NCBI RefSeq assembly: GCF_006345805.1
Contig: NC_043005.1
Span: 65,534,001-65,598,000 of the forward strand
Length of the DNA stretch: 64,000 nt
Origin: Octopus sinensis
Taxonomy: Eukaryota
Direction of reading: 5' to 3'
The notes beneath the pieces are model-generated. The model saw nothing but the letters and a program-made list of their open reading frames with translations, did no database searches and had not been told where the DNA came from. Within the stretch, counting starts at the first letter, position 1. The number at the start of each line of letters is the position of its first letter. The position numbers and the translations under genes are program-made. Below, one piece after another: positions 60,924 to 64,000 of this stretch.

Positions 60924-60980
60924 GTGATACGCTCGAACTAGTTTCGGGATTGTTGTCCCTCGTCAACGGGCGGTAATCAC
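60924..60980 (-). ncRNA. putative minimal type-I hammerhead ribozyme motif (U3 variant)
   Basis: Minus strand GUGAU-UAC-CGCCCG-UUGACGA-GGGA-CAACAA-UCCC-GAAA-CUAG-UU-CGAGCG-U-AUCAC: stems I and II and the palindromic stem III all pair. Confidence 0.65.
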
Positions 60981-62109
60981 CAGGTAGCGATGAAAGAGAA
61001 AGCTCCTTTGCAAATAGATATAAGTTTTTCTAATGGCGTCTGCCACTGATGTCGAAAAACGAACAGTAAGCATAATTAAATCTCAGAATGAGATTGATGG
61101 CAACAATTTAAAAAAAAATTGAACGCTCACGTAAAATTATTACCTTTGGTATATCTATAAATATGCAAAAGTGCCAGGATATGTAGCGAAATGATTATTT
61201 ACTCTCGCTGTTATCTTCATAGTTTTCATTTCATCTGCGCTGATACCGTCTTGGAAACTTTCAAATTCTTCACTGCTGCCATCTTCGAAACTTTCAAATT
61301 CCTCTCCACTGCTTCTCTCACCTGTTCAGATCTCGTTTCATGTCCGCGTCGCAACAGTCTCTCCTTTCACTGCATTCCCTGGTTTGTAGCTGGACTGGCA
61401 CACTTTTTCAGCATTGGGTCTCTTTATGCGTCAAATCGCGTTACATTCATATACTTATTCTATTCTTCACGCATGAAAGGCAGAAACATCAAAAAACCGT
61501 AACAGAGAGGTAAGCCCTCGGGTAAACCTACCATTGCTGTCTTATAATTCTGTAACTCCATTTTCATTAAATCAATCAGATAAGATCAAAATGTATGAAG
61601 TGCTAGAAGGGATGGTTTTTTCAACATTTCCCACGGATCGTTTTGTCCATATCTTTTTGATATATAGATTTATTTCATCTTCATCCAACCATCCGTCATT
61701 TTGAATGGATATGAACATGTGTACGTTTAGGTATTTTCCTTTTTGAAAATATCTATATACTGTCTCTTAACGTTTAAAAATCTAAGAGAAATACTTCTCT
61801 AGATATTTCTCTTTCTGATGAAAACTTAGCAATCGTGATGATACTAAGGAATGCGGTGATAACAAGAGCAGCAATGAAGGTATCTTTCAGTGAGTGTGTC
61901 CTGAAATTTTCACGGTTATGGTTTTAATTCCTTTAGCGTCAACAGTTTTCTTCGATGGAATTTTAGAAGTAGAGGGAACGTCATTCATAATCCCATTTAT
62001 CGCTTGCAAAATTTTGTTTTATTTCTTTGCGTTGTTAACGCTATGAAACTCTATCATCTTGCCTTCATAGTTGTTAGGCACGCATACATACACAACACAC
62101 CCACACACG

Positions 62110-62205
62110 TATCTGTCCATCTATCCATCCATCCAACCATCCATCCATCAATCCATCTATCCATCTATCTCTCTATCTCTCTATCTACCTATCCATCCAT
62201 CCATC

Positions 62206-62259
<54 letters not shown>
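62110..62259. repeat. (TCCA/TCTA)n then (AGAT)n microsatellite, inverted about TCTAGA
   Basis: Direct inspection. Confidence 0.9.
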
Positions 62260-62330
62260 TGTTTCTTTATTAGCCACACAGGGCTGCACACAGATAGAAC
62301 AAATTACAAGGTAGAGCTTTTCTTTTGAAG

Positions 62331-62363
<33 letters not shown>

Positions 62364-63207
62364 GAAAGGGGAGTTTCGATCAAAAGGGATCGTAAAAGGA
62401 GAGAAAGAGGACAAAAAAAAAGGGGGGGGGGGTAAAAAAAAAAGGGGGGGGGGAGAGGAAAAAAAATTGATCAATAGGGATCGTTATCACAGAAATGTCA
62501 ATATGAAGTGTAAAGGGGAGGACAGGTGAGGTTTACCCGTGGAAAGAAAAGCCTACGGAAAAGACCACGGTAACCTCGGTCAATGAAGTCACATTTTATA
62601 TTTCTTTTTTTTTTTTTTTTTTTTGCAAATAAGCAACTCTCTGTTTTCGATTCTGGGTTCATAGGACTATGCTCAAGGTGGCTTCGTCATTCATACGTGC
62701 CATTCTTGCTACATCACCCATCTTTTTTTAAAACATTCGCTAGACAAAACTTGCCTCTCTACTCTCACTTTCCATTTCAAGTGATATTTGAAAAAGTTGA
62801 TGAGAGATTGACCAGAGAGGAAAGTGTTTGTCTCCAATCCTTTCAGACGCGTCCACCAGATGCATTTCTTTCGCCATAGCCACAAGGATTATGAAAATAG
62901 CTCTTCCTTCCCGTTTGAAGGAAGGAGGCGTGACAATATTGACGATAGACTCAGCTGATAAACCGACTCGTCCCACACGTGACAGCAGTTGTTCGACATA
63001 AGCCCACAGGTCGGAAATTGTTGGACACGCATCACGGGCAGGTCGGCCCCGTGTTTCTCGAGCCGTGTCTGTAGAGCTTATCCCGAACGGGTAGCGCTTC
63101 TCGGTAGCACTGCCAGGCCAGGGATCTCTGGAAGTTGTCCATGGGCCCTGGCCCGAAAGTCGTCCCGAACAGGCGGGTCAGGTACTCCTCGTCGACGTCC
63201 AGGTTCG
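62260..63207 (-). mobile_element. 5'-truncated Tx1/L1-clade LINE, copy 1, between (GATA)n arrays
   Basis: LAWQCYREALPVRDKLYRHG..TCP*C, CPTISDLWAYVEQLL, AKE..WWTRLKG; 3' end AATAAAGAAACA then (TATC)n. Confidence 0.8.
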
Positions 63208-63273
<66 letters not shown>

Positions 63274-64000
63274 TGTTTCTTTATTAGCCACACAGGGCTG
63301 CACACAGACGGGACAAATTACAAGGTAGAGCTTTTCTTTTTGGAGATAAAAAAGGTGGGTTGGTTTTCGATCAAAAGGGATCGTAAATGGAAGGAAAGAG
63401 AAAAGCAAAAAAAAAGGGGAAAAAAATCGATGAATAGGGATCGTTATCACAGAAATGTCAATGTAAAGTGTAAAGGGGAAGACAGGTAAGGTTTGCCCGT
63501 GGGAAGAAAATCCTACGGAAAAGACCACGGTAATCTCGGTCAATGAAGTCACATGTTATATTTTTTTTTACAAATAAGCAACTCTCTGTATTAATTTTTA
63601 CGGTTCATAGGATCATAGTCAAGGTGGCTTCGTCATTCATACGTGCCCTCCTTACTACATTCACCCATCTTTTTTTTAAAACATTCACTAGACAAAACTT
63701 GCCTCTCTACTATCACTTTCCTTTTCAAGTGATACTTGAAGAAGTTGATGAGAGATTGACCAGAGAGGAAAGTGTTTGCCTCCAATCCTTTCAGACGCGT
63801 CCACCAGATACATTCTTTCGCCATAGCCACAAGTATGATAAAAATAGCTCTTCCTTCCCGTTTGAAGGAAGGCGGCGTGACGATATTAACGATAGACTCG
63901 GCTGATAAACCGACACGTCCCACACGTAACAGCAGTCGTTCGACATAAGCCCACAGGTCGGAGATTGTTGGACACTGCACGATTGCGTGCAGAACGGTTT
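63274..64000 (-). mobile_element. Tx1/L1-clade LINE, copy 2 (runs off the window)
   Basis: TVLHAIVQCPTISDLWAYVERLL (CCHC knuckle end); same 3' terminus abutting the (GATA)n array at 63208-63273. Confidence 0.8.

Noticed and set aside
60895-60930. CTT-CCTCGC-AAG resembling the HDV-ribozyme P3/L3 on the plus strand
   Set aside because: Lacks P1.1 GG and convincing P1/P2; the minus-strand hammerhead explains the structure better
61250-61420. 33-bp duplication with a possible Tc1 HTH-like translation on the minus strand
   Set aside because: Too short and degenerate to assign

Overview
AT-rich animal genomic DNA packed with SINEs, LINEs and microsatellites. The repeat landscape resembles Octopus (inference; species not determinable). 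The only supportable protein-coding gene is a complete minus-strand DNAJC2 (MPP11/ZRF1, zuotin family). It was assembled by hand into 18 coding exons from 39663 to 117: all introns GT-AG, phases consistent, 1863 nt = 620 aa + stop, with an HPD J-domain, zuotin/RAC region and two SANT domains. Introns and the region upstream of the gene (40-64 kb) are mostly mobile-element debris: tRNA-derived SINEs; RTE, Penelope-like and Tx1/L1 non-LTR fragments; a decayed Ty3/Gypsy; mariner DD34D, maT DD37D and pogo/Tigger remnants; Helitrons; and foldback MITEs. Most notable observations: (1) a minimal type-I hammerhead ribozyme motif at 60924-60980 (-), upstream of a Penelope RT fragment; (2) an LTR-like repeat whose inverted-repeat-bounded core is flipped between two copies; (3) a Helitron family with a helicase-bearing relic, a copy in the loop of a palindrome and a two-headed composite; (4) tandem Tx1-like LINEs inside (GATA)n arrays. 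Most ORFs in the supplied track are microsatellite or TE noise. No database searches were run; family names come from motif recognition.
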